A stretch of 64,000 nucleotides of DNA from Chloroflexota bacterium (lineage in GTDB: Bacteria; Chloroflexota; Dehalococcoidia; Dehalococcoidales; UBA2162). Under the pieces are notes generated by a model. The model saw only the letters and a program-made list of their open reading frames with translations, was not told where the DNA came from and searched no databases. A program made the translations under genes and the position numbers. Location: NCBI GenBank assembly GCA_016190895.1, contig JACPPR010000008.1, positions 3,335 through 67,334 on the forward strand. Reading direction: 5' to 3'. Positions 53,353-62,477 of the stretch are shown piece by piece. Positions within the stretch are counted from its first letter, which is position 1. Each line of letters starts with the position of its first letter.

Positions 53353-54340
53353 ACAAACGGAATTCGATGGCGTTCTTGATGAGTGCCTGGAGCGCCTCCT
53401 GGTCAAGAATGAGACTATAGAGCAGTGTCTCCAGAGCTTCCCACAATATTCGGCTGAGCTAAAGCCGCTGCTTGAGACGGCTCTGGCTGCCCGGCAGGCA
53501 TCGGCGGTCCAGCCTCGGCCCGAGTTCAGAGACCGGGCTAGATATGAGTTCAACTCGGCCCTTCAAGAGATGGGGCGCAAGAAAGGCCGGATCGCCTTTA
53601 ACTGGGGCTGGCAGCCGCGCTGGGTGACTGCTCTGGTTATTATCCTTATTGTCTCGCTGGTCGGAAGTGGTACCGTGGCCGCCGCTGCCGGCAGTATGCC
53701 CGATAGCCCTCTTTATTCGGTGAAACGGGCTACCGAGCGGGTTGAGCTAACGCTTACCTTCTCCGAGCTTAGTAAGGCGGAGCTTCAGACCAGACTGGCC
53801 GGTAAGAGGGTATCGGAAATTGCTTACCTGGCAGAAGCGGGCAAGCCGGAAAAAATAGCCGAGCTAGCCGAGAGTCTGAATAATCACCTATCCGAGATAG
53901 CCTTTCTCGTCTCTCCGCCCGTCACTGTGAGCAGTCTGGCGGTCCCAGCGCCGACGCAGGCGGAGCGGGCAACCGTTCCTGAGCCGGCCGCTGCTCCTGC
54001 GCCGCTACCAACGCCTGCACCGGTCGCTCCCGGAAAACCTGCCGAAGTTAAGGAAAAACAAGAAACCAAGGAAACCGCCGTTCCCCAAAAGGAAAGGGCG
54101 GGCGGCAACGTGACATCGCAAGAAGAGCGCAAGAAGGAAACTGCTGAAGACCGCTCGCGAGAGGACCGTCGTGCCAGGCTGAAGACCACTGTGGAGAGCC
54201 AGGCCAAGGACAATATCGCCCGCCTGAGAGCCTTGCTGGAGACAGCTCCTGAATCGGCCAAACCTGCCCTGAAGCGAGCGCTCGAAAGCTCTGAAGCTGA
54301 ATATAAGAAAGCTGTCGAGGCGCTAGACGAGGATGACTGA
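53345..54340 (+). CDS. Putative anti-sigma factor (single TM, DUF5667-like extracytoplasmic part, charged C-terminal tail)
   Basis: 331 aa. 8-nt overlap with the sigma gene. TM helix WVTALVIILIVSLVGSGTVAAAA and a K/E/R-rich tail. Confidence 0.6.
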   Translation: MNKQTEFDGVLDECLERLLVKNETIEQCLQSFPQYSAELKPLLETALAARQASAVQPRPEFRDRARYEFNSALQEMGRKKGRIAFNWGWQPRWVTALVIILIVSLVGSGTVAAAAGSMPDSPLYSVKRATERVELTLTFSELSKAELQTRLAGKRVSEIAYLAEAGKPEKIAELAESLNNHLSEIAFLVSPPVTVSSLAVPAPTQAERATVPEPAAAPAPLPTPAPVAPGKPAEVKEKQETKETAVPQKERAGGNVTSQEERKKETAEDRSREDRRARLKTTVESQAKDNIARLRALLETAPESAKPALKRALESSEAEYKKAVEALDEDD

Positions 54341-54390
54341 TGACTAAGGGAAAGCGCTAGTGTGGTGAATCGCAAATAACGTTAGCCCCG

Positions 54391-54460
54391 CATTCACCCA
54401 TTCCGGCGGAAGCCGGAATCCAGGCCGTATCTGGATACCGACTTTCGTCGGTATGGTTAC
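54391..54460. repeat. Hairpin pair: CATTCCGGCGGAAGCCGGAATCC plus CTGGATACCGACTTTCGTCGGTATGG
   Basis: Same pair as 48987-49076. Confidence 0.8.
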
Positions 54461-54581
54461 CGTGGAGAGCTAACGAAGTGTTAGATACATCACACACTAG
54501 AAAGTTCCGGAGTCTTAACCAGTTTTTAATAGTTTGCCTCTATAATCATAATTAAAAACTGAGAATCAGGAGGTGAAAACG

Positions 54582-55115
54582 ATGTGGAAAAATAAGAAGG
54601 TGCTCATTATTGCCCTGGTGGCTGCCGTCCTGGTGATAGCGAGTATCGGAGGGGTTGCCTTAGCCCGGGCCGGAGCCGTGAATAGCGGCCAGCCCAAAAC
54701 GCTGGCGGACGTAACCGGGAATACCACCCAGCCCAGGAGTTTGCTGGCCAGGGTGGCGGAAATCCTGGGTATCGACCAGCAGACTCTTGAAGCCGCTGTC
54801 AAACAGGCGAAGGCCGAGCAGCAGCTTGAGGTCTTGAAGAACCGCCTGCAGAAGCTCGTCGAGGCTGGCAAGATAACCCAGGCGCAGGCCGATGCCTACC
54901 TTAGCTGGGTGCAATCGAAGCCGGACTTGGGACCGTATCAGCAGCAACTTAAAGAGTGGGCACAGGCGAGGCCGTCCGTACCGCAGGAATTGAAGGACTG
55001 GCAGCAGACCCGACCCGACGTACCGCTGCAAGCTCCCGGTGCCCGTGGGCCCCGCGGTATGAGGCAGCCAGGCGGTATGCGAGGAATGATACCGCCGAGA
55101 TTGCCCGCACAATAA
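54582..55115 (+). CDS. Secreted/anchored Gln-rich helical protein (possibly DUF2680/YckD-like)
   Basis: The ATG at 54582 lies 8 nt after CAGGAGG (the track start GTG 54573 overlaps the RBS). N-terminal TM/signal, an ITQAQADAYLSW motif, and a C-terminal PGGMRGM tail. Confidence 0.55.
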   Translation: MWKNKKVLIIALVAAVLVIASIGGVALARAGAVNSGQPKTLADVTGNTTQPRSLLARVAEILGIDQQTLEAAVKQAKAEQQLEVLKNRLQKLVEAGKITQAQADAYLSWVQSKPDLGPYQQQLKEWAQARPSVPQELKDWQQTRPDVPLQAPGARGPRGMRQPGGMRGMIPPRLPAQ

Positions 55116-55159
55116 TCCGCAAAGCGTAAAGACCGTAAATCGGTTGAATTGAAAAGGAA

Positions 55160-55193
55160 GAGTAGGGGAGGCTAAACGCCTCCCCTACTCTTT
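55160..55193 (+). terminator. Rho-independent terminator
   Basis: GAGTAGGGGAGGC-TAAA-CGCCTCCCCTACTC followed by TTT. Confidence 0.6.
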
Positions 55194-55244
55194 AGCAAGT
55201 CCAAAATTAACAATTTCTTAATATTTGTGTTATAAATTAAATTG

Positions 55245-55940
55245 ATGGCAGGTAAAAGAGTCCTCGTTGTCGACGATGATGTCAAGACGGTAGAGCTGGT
55301 GAAGCTCTATCTCAACCGGGATGGCTACCGGGTGCTCACCGCGAATGACGGATTGGAGGCTCTCCGTCAGGCCAGGGAAGCCCATCCCGACCTGATTGTG
55401 CTCGACCTGATGCTGCCCGGCATGGACGGTCTTGATATCTGCCGCACCATCCGGGAAGAATCCGATGTACCTATTATTATGCTGACCGCCCGAGCTACTG
55501 ATGAGGATAAGCTTGCCGGCCTGGGTCTGGGGGCGGATGATTACGTAACCAAACCATTCAGTCCCAGGGAACTGGCAGCCAGGGTTCGCGCCGTGCTACG
55601 CCGCCTGCCCGGTGAGCGAGGTCCGGATGAAATCAAGCATGGCGGCATTACCGTAAACTTTCGCAGTCATGAGGCGTTTCTCGATGGGAACCCTATCAGC
55701 CTGACGCCGGTGGAATTCAAGCTGCTGGGCGTGATGGTGAAAGAGCCGGGCCGAGTCTTCAACCGCGAGCAGCTCATCGAAGAGGCTCTGGGATATGATT
55801 TTGAGGGGTTTAACCGCACTATCGATGTTCACATTCTTAACCTGCGCCGCAAACTTGAGCCGGACCCATCCCACCCCCGGTATATCAGGACAATCTACGG
55901 GGCCGGTTACAAGTTCTTAGAGGCAGGCCGTGATACATAG
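55245..55940 (+). CDS. OmpR-family response regulator
   Basis: 231 aa from the ATG at 55245. Receiver domain (VLVVDDD...[14 protein letters not shown]) plus a winged-helix trans_reg_C domain ([12 protein letters not shown]). Confidence 0.92.
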   Translation: MAGKRVLVVDDDVKTVELVKLYLNRDGYRVLTANDGLEALRQAREAHPDLIVLDLMLPGMDGLDICRTIREESDVPIIMLTARATDEDKLAGLGLGADDYVTKPFSPRELAARVRAVLRRLPGERGPDEIKHGGITVNFRSHEAFLDGNPISLTPVEFKLLGVMVKEPGRVFNREQLIEEALGYDFEGFNRTIDVHILNLRRKLEPDPSHPRYIRTIYGAGYKFLEAGRDT

Positions 55941-57276
55941 TTTGCGCTTTCGTCTGCTGGTGGCTTTCACTATTGCTATACTGTTAGCAATCGGCTCGAC
56001 ATTCTTCTTTCTCAGCACGGCAATCAGAGGCGAGATAAGACAGTTCGGAGAGCGAGCCGACCAGCTACGCGTTGCCAGAATGGAAACCGAGTTGGCTCGT
56101 TTCTACCTCCGCTTCCGGAGTTGGCAGGGGATTCAGCCTGCCGTCGAGCAATGGGGTAATCTCTACGGCCAGCGGATTGTGCTCACCGATAGCAGGGGAG
56201 TGGTTGTCGCTGATTCCAAAGGGGAGTCCGTTGGGGAGCAAAGTAGTCCTGACCCTTCAGGTAGGCCCTTATCTATTCCCGGCTTGAGAGGCGACATCGG
56301 TACCCTTTATGTTACTCCCAGGCCATCGGCGGAACTGGGAATTCAGTCTCTCGGGGTTCTCTTTGGCGCGATAGGCCGGTTTTTCTTCTGGGGCGCTTTG
56401 GTGGCGGGTGCCATTGCCTTGCTCATTACCCTGCTCTTGTCGCAGCGGATTTTATCTCCGGTTCGCGCGCTCACCTCCGCCGCTAGAAGGCTGGGTCAGG
56501 GCGATTTTTCCCAGCGAGCCATCATTAAGGATAAGGGTGAACTGGGTGAGCTAGGCCATGCCTTCGATGTCATGGCGGAAAACCTGCAACGCAATGAACA
56601 ACTGCGTAAGAATATGGTAGCCGATATCGCCCACGAACTGAGGACTCCGCTATCCAATATTAAGGGCTACCTCGAGGCAGTTAGCGATGGGGTAATCCAG
56701 CCGGATGCCGATACTGTCCGGAAACTTAATGAAGAAGCGGCGCTGCTTGCCCGGCTGGTGGAAGACCTGCAAGAGTTGAGCTTGGCTGAAGCCGGAACCC
56801 TGAAACTGGTCCGCCGAGTAGAGAATATTGCCGGAGTCATCAATCAGACGGTAGCGATGATGCAGCCCAAGGCGGCGGTCAAGGCTCTATCGCTGGTGAC
56901 CGAGCTACCTGATAAACTGCCGTCGGTGAACATCGATGCCCAGCGCATCAGCCAGGTGCTGAGAAATCTACTGGAGAATGCTATCGCCTACACTCCTGCG
57001 GAGGGCAAAATCACGGTGGCAGTTAGCCTGCCGGATGAGCGAGCAATAGAGGTAACCGTGGCTGATACAGGTCAGGGTATTCCTGCCGGGGAACTGCCTC
57101 TTATCTTCGAGCGTTTCTATCGGGTAGACAAATCCCGTACCAGGGCTACCGGCGGCAGCGGCCTGGGGCTGACCATCGCCAGGCGTCTTGTCGAAGCCCA
57201 TGGCGGCCAGATCAAAGCCGAAAGCGAACTGGGTAAAGGGAGCCGCTTTTCAATCACTCTTCCAGTTTTGGCGTAA
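55930..57276 (+). CDS. HAMP-domain sensor histidine kinase
   Basis: 448 aa. Two TM helices, HAMP, H-box [11 protein letters not shown]1/G2 boxes (LLENAI, DTGQGI, GGSGLGL). Confidence 0.92.
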   Translation: MIHSLRFRLLVAFTIAILLAIGSTFFFLSTAIRGEIRQFGERADQLRVARMETELARFYLRFRSWQGIQPAVEQWGNLYGQRIVLTDSRGVVVADSKGESVGEQSSPDPSGRPLSIPGLRGDIGTLYVTPRPSAELGIQSLGVLFGAIGRFFFWGALVAGAIALLITLLLSQRILSPVRALTSAARRLGQGDFSQRAIIKDKGELGELGHAFDVMAENLQRNEQLRKNMVADIAHELRTPLSNIKGYLEAVSDGVIQPDADTVRKLNEEAALLARLVEDLQELSLAEAGTLKLVRRVENIAGVINQTVAMMQPKAAVKALSLVTELPDKLPSVNIDAQRISQVLRNLLENAIAYTPAEGKITVAVSLPDERAIEVTVADTGQGIPAGELPLIFERFYRVDKSRTRATGGSGLGLTIARRLVEAHGGQIKAESELGKGSRFSITLPVLA

Positions 57277-57310
57277 TACGTTGTCACTGCAAGCCCCGAT
57301 AAATCAGGGT

Positions 57311-57376
57311 GTGGCAATCTCAAAGATTTATAGAGATTGCTTCGCCTCCCGATTCTATCGGGATGGCTCGCAATGA
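57311..57376. repeat. ATTGC...GCAAT nested module with an inner CCCGAT hairpin
   Basis: GTGGCAATCT...AGATTGCTTCG-CC-[TCCCGAT-TCT-ATCGGGA]-TGG-CTCGCAATGAC. Confidence 0.8.
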
Positions 57377-57491
57377 CGGTGGAATGAAAGAGGCCTCGAA
57401 ATCTTAATAATCGCTTAATATTCCTTGTCCATACTGGATGATGACTCGTATGAATAATACTGGCGGAATTAAAGGGAGGGTAGGGATTAGA

Positions 57492-59333
57492 ATGAAACTC
57501 TCAAGAACGGTAATGACAATTCTGGCGCTTGGCGCCACTAGCATTCTGGCACTAAGCTGTGCTCCGAAGCAAGCCTCCACGGCAACTGCACAAAACCAGG
57601 AGATAACCATCGAGCGCGGTGACCTGAGTGTAGATATTACCGCCGTTGGCAACCTGGCCCTGGCCGATAAGCAAGACCTGGCATTCGATATTCCCGGAAC
57701 GGTCGAAGAAGTCCTGGTCGATGATGGAGACAGCGTTGAGAAGGGGCAGGTACTTGCCAGGCTGGATACTTCAGAATGGGAGAAACAACTGACGACCCTG
57801 ACGCGCCAGGTAACTACCGCCGAGCGCCAGGTAACCTCCGCCCAAAAGCAGTTGCGGGATAAACAAACTGCCGTAACCACCACCCAGAACACGGTCACTT
57901 CCAAGGAGTTTTCCATGCGCCAGGCGCAGCTTGACCTCCAGTCAGCGCAGGATGCCGTGACACAAATAGCCGATGTTAAGAAGATACAGGACAAGATAGA
58001 TAATGCTGAGTATGCCATCAAGTCGGCCAAGAGTATGCTGGCAGGTCAGTTCGGGGGTGGGGCGTCCATTGATTACAATTATTGGAGTCAGTTGAAAGTC
58101 AATGCTGAGGCGGAACTGGTTCAGGCCAAGAAAGACATGCAGGGATTACTGGCCAGCGCCAGTCTGACGGTATCGAGTGACGTAGCGCTGGATGTAGCTA
58201 AAAAACAACTGGCAGTCGAGCAGAAGCAACTGGGAATCACGCAAGCCCAGCTAGATTTGGAAAATGCCAGGCTGGCTGTGGAGGATGCCCGGAATGCGAT
58301 AGCTCCAGCACAGCAAGATTTACAGAATGCCCAGGATGACCTCAAGACCGCCCGGGAGAATCTTGATGACGCCGAAAGTTTTGGGCCTGAGATAAAAGCT
58401 CCGTTCGATGGCTTTATCACCAAAGTGAGCGTAAAAGGCGGCGATGAGGTGAAGAAGGGAACCATCGCGGTGCAGGTCGCCGACCCGACCAAGTTTGAAG
58501 CCGATTTACTGGTCAACGAAACAGATATTTCTAAGATAAAGCTGGGAGCAATCGCCTCGGTAGACCTGCAAGCCGTAACGGGAGTAAGCCTGTCGGCAAC
58601 CGTTACTCATATCGCCCCGACAGCCACCATTCAGCAGGGCGTGGTCAATTATAAGGTGACTGTTGGAATCCAGTCGCTTCAGCCGATTGCTCAGGCACAG
58701 CGGCAAGTGAGCGCCGATTTTGGCGGGGGGAGTGCCAACCTGACTCAGGAGCAGATTAATCAATTGAGACAGCAAAGACAGCAGGCCCCGGGCGGACAGT
58801 TCGGCAGGCAGGGAGCGGCGTTCGGTGGTGCAAACCTGACGCAGGAACAGATTGCCCGGATTGCTCAGCAGAGACAGGCAGCGGGGGGCGCTGCACCTAC
58901 ACAGGAGCAGATTAACCAACTGATTCAACAGAGGCAGCTGGCGTTGGCGGGAGGGCAGACTCAGCCAGGCGCCGGACAGCCGGGCGGGCAATTTCAGAGG
59001 AGAGCAACGGCTGCATCGGATTTCAGGCTGGCTGAGGGAATGACTGTTACAGTGAACCTTCCCGTAGACAGCCGCACTAACGTGCTGCTGGCGCCCAACG
59101 CCGCCATCACTACGAAGGCAGGGCAAACTTCTGTCAAGGTGGTCAAAGCGGATGGCGCTACCGAGGACAGGGTGATAGAGACCGGAATCAGCGACTTCCA
59201 GTACACCGAGGTCATCAGCGGGCTAAGCGAAGGCGAAAAGGTGATGGTGACCCGGACGACTGCGACGCCCTCGACGAATACAAACCGGCAAACGAACCCG
59301 GTCCGGGGCGGGGGAGTGATATTCGGCAGATGA
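57492..59333 (+). CDS. macA: MacA/HlyD-family periplasmic adaptor lipoprotein with a Gln-rich repeat insertion
   Basis: The ATG at 57492 follows AAGGGAGGG. Lipobox LALSC, long coiled-coil hairpin, barrel-sandwich and beta-barrel motifs. A roughly 100-aa Q/G-rich insertion contains 3 x LTQEQI(N/A)xLxQQRQ. Confidence 0.8.
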   Translation: MKLSRTVMTILALGATSILALSCAPKQASTATAQNQEITIERGDLSVDITAVGNLALADKQDLAFDIPGTVEEVLVDDGDSVEKGQVLARLDTSEWEKQLTTLTRQVTTAERQVTSAQKQLRDKQTAVTTTQNTVTSKEFSMRQAQLDLQSAQDAVTQIADVKKIQDKIDNAEYAIKSAKSMLAGQFGGGASIDYNYWSQLKVNAEAELVQAKKDMQGLLASASLTVSSDVALDVAKKQLAVEQKQLGITQAQLDLENARLAVEDARNAIAPAQQDLQNAQDDLKTARENLDDAESFGPEIKAPFDGFITKVSVKGGDEVKKGTIAVQVADPTKFEADLLVNETDISKIKLGAIASVDLQAVTGVSLSATVTHIAPTATIQQGVVNYKVTVGIQSLQPIAQAQRQVSADFGGGSANLTQEQINQLRQQRQQAPGGQFGRQGAAFGGANLTQEQIARIAQQRQAAGGAAPTQEQINQLIQQRQLALAGGQTQPGAGQPGGQFQRRATAASDFRLAEGMTVTVNLPVDSRTNVLLAPNAAITTKAGQTSVKVVKADGATEDRVIETGISDFQYTEVISGLSEGEKVMVTRTTATPSTNTNRQTNPVRGGGVIFGR

Positions 59334-59998
59334 TTCGTCTAGAAAATATCTCTAAAGTCTACCCTATGGGCAAGAGAAAGCTGACTGTGCTCAATGGGGT
59401 AAGCGTGAATATCGAACGCGGCGAGATGGTCGCCATTATGGGTCCATCCGGCTCGGGCAAGTCGACTATGCTCAATCTCATTGGTTGTCTCGATAAGCCG
59501 ACCTCGGGCAGCTATTATCTGGAGGATAAAGAAGTCAGCCGTCTCAACAGTGGCGAATTAGCTCAGGTAAGAAGCCAGAAGATTGGTTTTGTCTTTCAAT
59601 CTTTCAATTTGCTGCCCCGTCTCTCAGCGCTGGCTAATGTCGAACTGGGTATGAGGTATGCCGGCGGTGTCGACCGCCGGCAGGCCAGAGAGGCTCTGGA
59701 AAAGGTGGGGCTCGCCGACCGGACCAGCCACCGCCCGAACGAACTTTCGGGCGGGGAGCAGCAGCGGGTTGCCATCGCCCGGGCGCTGGTCAAAAATCCC
59801 CCCTTGCTGCTTGCCGACGAGCCTACGGGCAACCTGGATAGCCATTCCGGCGAGGAGATAATTCATATTCTTACCTCTCTCCATGCCGAGCAGGGCATTA
59901 CCCTGGTTATGATAACTCATGAGCTTAAGATTGCCCGCTACTGCCAGCGCATCATCCACTTTAGCGACGGACAGGTAGTCAAGGAGGAGAAGGTATGA
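59330..59998 (+). CDS. macB: MacB/LolD-type ABC transporter ATP-binding protein
   Basis: 222 aa. Walker [40 protein letters not shown] overlaps on both sides. Confidence 0.92.
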   Translation: MIRLENISKVYPMGKRKLTVLNGVSVNIERGEMVAIMGPSGSGKSTMLNLIGCLDKPTSGSYYLEDKEVSRLNSGELAQVRSQKIGFVFQSFNLLPRLSALANVELGMRYAGGVDRRQAREALEKVGLADRTSHRPNELSGGEQQRVAIARALVKNPPLLLADEPTGNLDSHSGEEIIHILTSLHAEQGITLVMITHELKIARYCQRIIHFSDGQVVKEEKV

Positions 59999-61230
59999 AG
60001 CGGTGGTTTGAACCTGTGACAACCGCCTGGCTGGGTGTCGTTACTCATAAACTGCGCAGCTTTCTGACTATCCTGGGCATCGTTATCGGCGTGGCTGCCG
60101 TGATTACCCTGATGTCTATCGGCAGAGGCGCTCAGCAGCAGATTCTTTCAAATATTTCCAGTCTCGGCTCGAACCTGATTACCATTCGGCCCGGGGCTAC
60201 CAACTTCGGGGGGGTCAGGGGGGCCGTCGGCAGCGGCAGTACGCTCACTCTGGAAGACGCTGCGGCGATAAGCGAGCAGATTCAATACGTGGATACAGTG
60301 GCACCTACCTACTCGACATCGTTCCAGGTGGTTGTCGGAGCACAGAATACCCGTACTCAGGTTACCGGAGTAACTACCGGCTATCAGGATACCAACAATC
60401 TGAAAGTTGCCGATGGCGCTTTCATCTCCGATTACGATTATCAGCGCGGCGCTAAAGTGGCCGTAATAGGGTCGAATGTGAAGGATACCCTGTTTGCAGA
60501 TACCGACCCGCTCGGGCAACAGATACGGATGGGCAATTATGTCGTTCGCGTTATCGGCATCCTCGAAAGCAAGGGGTTGTCCTTGGTCGGCTCGGCCGAT
60601 GATGCCATTCTCATCCCGCTGACGGCGCTGCAGCAGATGTCAGCCCAGACACGCACCAGCCGCGGCGACCACGTGGTGTCATCAATATCGGTGGCAATAA
60701 GCGATGATAAGCAGGCGACTTATGTCAGTGATGAAATCACCACACTGCTTCGTTCCCGCCACCAGCTTGGACCGGGAGTCGATAACGACTTTAATATTCT
60801 TTCTCTGCAAGAGATTGCCAGCACCATCTCGCAAACAATAGGCACGATGACCCTCCTGCTCGGCGCTATCGCCGCCATCTCGCTGCTGGTGGGGGGTATC
60901 GGGGTGATGAATATCATGCTCGTTTCGGTACTGGAAAGGACGAGAGAGATAGGCATCCGCAAAGCGCTGGGAGCCAGAGAGAGGGATATCTGGGGGCAGT
61001 TCCTTATCGAGGCGGCGCTTCTTACCTTTGCAGGCGGCATCATCGGGGTCGGTCTGGGCTGGTTAATCGCTGCTTTTGTAAATCGCACCGGAGCGCTGAG
61101 CACAGTAGTTTCGCCTGATATAGTCATTCTGGCCGTTTCAGTATCGGTCGGCATCGGGCTTTTCTTCGGCTTCTATCCGGCCTGGAATGCCTCACGCCTC
61201 AATCCTATCGATGCCCTAAGGTCCGAATAA
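59995..61230 (+). CDS. MacB-type ABC permease (MacB_PCD plus FtsX domains)
   Basis: 411 aa. N-terminal TM, periplasmic core domain, C-terminal FtsX 3-TM bundle with REIGIRKALGA. Confidence 0.9.
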   Translation: MKRWFEPVTTAWLGVVTHKLRSFLTILGIVIGVAAVITLMSIGRGAQQQILSNISSLGSNLITIRPGATNFGGVRGAVGSGSTLTLEDAAAISEQIQYVDTVAPTYSTSFQVVVGAQNTRTQVTGVTTGYQDTNNLKVADGAFISDYDYQRGAKVAVIGSNVKDTLFADTDPLGQQIRMGNYVVRVIGILESKGLSLVGSADDAILIPLTALQQMSAQTRTSRGDHVVSSISVAISDDKQATYVSDEITTLLRSRHQLGPGVDNDFNILSLQEIASTISQTIGTMTLLLGAIAAISLLVGGIGVMNIMLVSVLERTREIGIRKALGARERDIWGQFLIEAALLTFAGGIIGVGLGWLIAAFVNRTGALSTVVSPDIVILAVSVSVGIGLFFGFYPAWNASRLNPIDALRSE

Positions 61231-61424
61231 CGGCTGTAATTGTTTCCTGTTGGCTCTTATGTAATACGTTTGTAACTATTTGCGCCTGAATTTTATGACT
61301 TTTTAATGCTTTACGGCTCACAATAATGAGGGCGTATTCTCAACCGAAACATACGCTTGGACTAACCGATTGGCAAGTCTTACGTTATACCATATTGGCA
61401 AGAAACTAAGAAAAGGAGTAAGCA

Positions 61425-62177
61425 ATGGGCAAGAGGTGGTTATTAGTCACAGGCTTAGTCTTGATAATAAGTATTGTCGGTCTGACCGGTTGCCAACCTG
61501 ATAGTACCGTTTCCGGGCAAGTTACCGGGTTCAACTTTAGCGGACAGCAGGAAGGAATCGTTGTCTCAGGGTCAGGCAAGGTGGCTGCAGCGCCCGATAT
61601 CGCTACCCTCCGGTTAGGCATCGAGGCTCAAGAAGCTACTGTTGCTGAAGCTCAAGCACAGGTGGCCGGAGCCATGGAGAGGGTTATGGCATCCCTGACC
61701 GGTAACGGAGTAGCCAAGAAAGATATTCAAACCCAGTTTTTCAATATTTCCAAGGTGACCCGCTTCGACGAAAAGGGCCAGCGTGAGGTGGTCATCGGCT
61801 ACCGGGTAACCAATATAGTGGCTGCCAAGCTCAGGGATATCAGTAAAGCCGGCGGCATCATCGATGCCGTGGCTGCGGCAGGAGGCGATTTAACCCGGAT
61901 AGACGCAATCAATTTCTCTGTAGAAGACCCAACTGAATTCCATAACCAGGCCAGAGAACTGGCGATGGAAGATGCCAAAGCTAAAGCAAAGCAGCTGGCT
62001 GACCTGGCCGGTGTGACCCTGGGCAAGGCAACCTTTATTTCAGAGACTTCCTTCACACCGCCAATCCCGTTTCCTGCAGGTGGCTTTGAAAGGGCCGCCC
62101 TGGCCGTTGCAACGCCAATTAGCCCCGGGGAGACCGAAATCGTCACCACGGTCCAGGTAACCTTCTCCATCAAATAA
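61425..62177 (+). CDS. SIMPL-domain (DUF541) lipoprotein
   Basis: 250 aa. Lipobox LTGC and the SIMPL pattern PDIATLRLGIEA...GYRVTN... Confidence 0.8.
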   Translation: MGKRWLLVTGLVLIISIVGLTGCQPDSTVSGQVTGFNFSGQQEGIVVSGSGKVAAAPDIATLRLGIEAQEATVAEAQAQVAGAMERVMASLTGNGVAKKDIQTQFFNISKVTRFDEKGQREVVIGYRVTNIVAAKLRDISKAGGIIDAVAAAGGDLTRIDAINFSVEDPTEFHNQARELAMEDAKAKAKQLADLAGVTLGKATFISETSFTPPIPFPAGGFERAALAVATPISPGETEIVTTVQVTFSIK

Positions 62178-62201
62178 CCGTTGATTTATTTTCCCACTCG
62201 T

Positions 62202-62235
62202 CCATCCGTCCTTCCACGAGTGGAAGGACGGATGG
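62202..62235 (+). terminator. Perfect 14-bp hairpin after the SIMPL gene (no T-run)
   Basis: CCATCCGTCCTTCC-ACGAGT-GGAAGGACGGATGG. The GGAAGGACGG core also occurs at 39565-39585. Confidence 0.4.
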
Positions 62236-62301
62236 CTGCGAAGGGTTGGACAATCTTTTCCCTTTCGGGCTGCCATTATGTTATGGAACGTGGACACCCT
62301 A

Positions 62302-62331
62302 TTGACAACTCCTCATGAATAGTGGTAGTAT
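62302..62331 (+). promoter_or_regulatory. Candidate sigma70 promoter of rpoB
   Basis: TTGACA (62302-07), 18-nt spacer, TAGTAT (62326-31). Confidence 0.4.
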
Positions 62332-62392
62332 TAATCTGCGTTAATATGCCTTCAAAGAATTTCTGCATTTTTTATTCCAAAATTCCCCACTA

Positions 62393-62423
62393 GCCACAGC
62401 ATTTTTGTGGCTCGTTTTGTTTG
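62393..62423 (+). promoter_or_regulatory. Hairpin plus U-run in the rpoB leader (possible attenuator)
   Basis: AGCCACA-GCATTT-TTGTGGCT followed by CGTTTTGTTTG, about 55 nt upstream of the rpoB ATG. Confidence 0.3.
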
Positions 62424-62477
62424 AATCGCTGTCAGAAAGTCCAGAGCAATAATCCATTTTAAGGAGTTGAGCAACAA

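Noticed and set aside
3124-57376. CRISPR array interpretation of the recurring hairpins
   Set aside because: The repeats are not regularly spaced direct repeats with unique spacers. They are palindromic, occur in both orientations, and are scattered singly or in mixed clusters. No cas genes are in the window.
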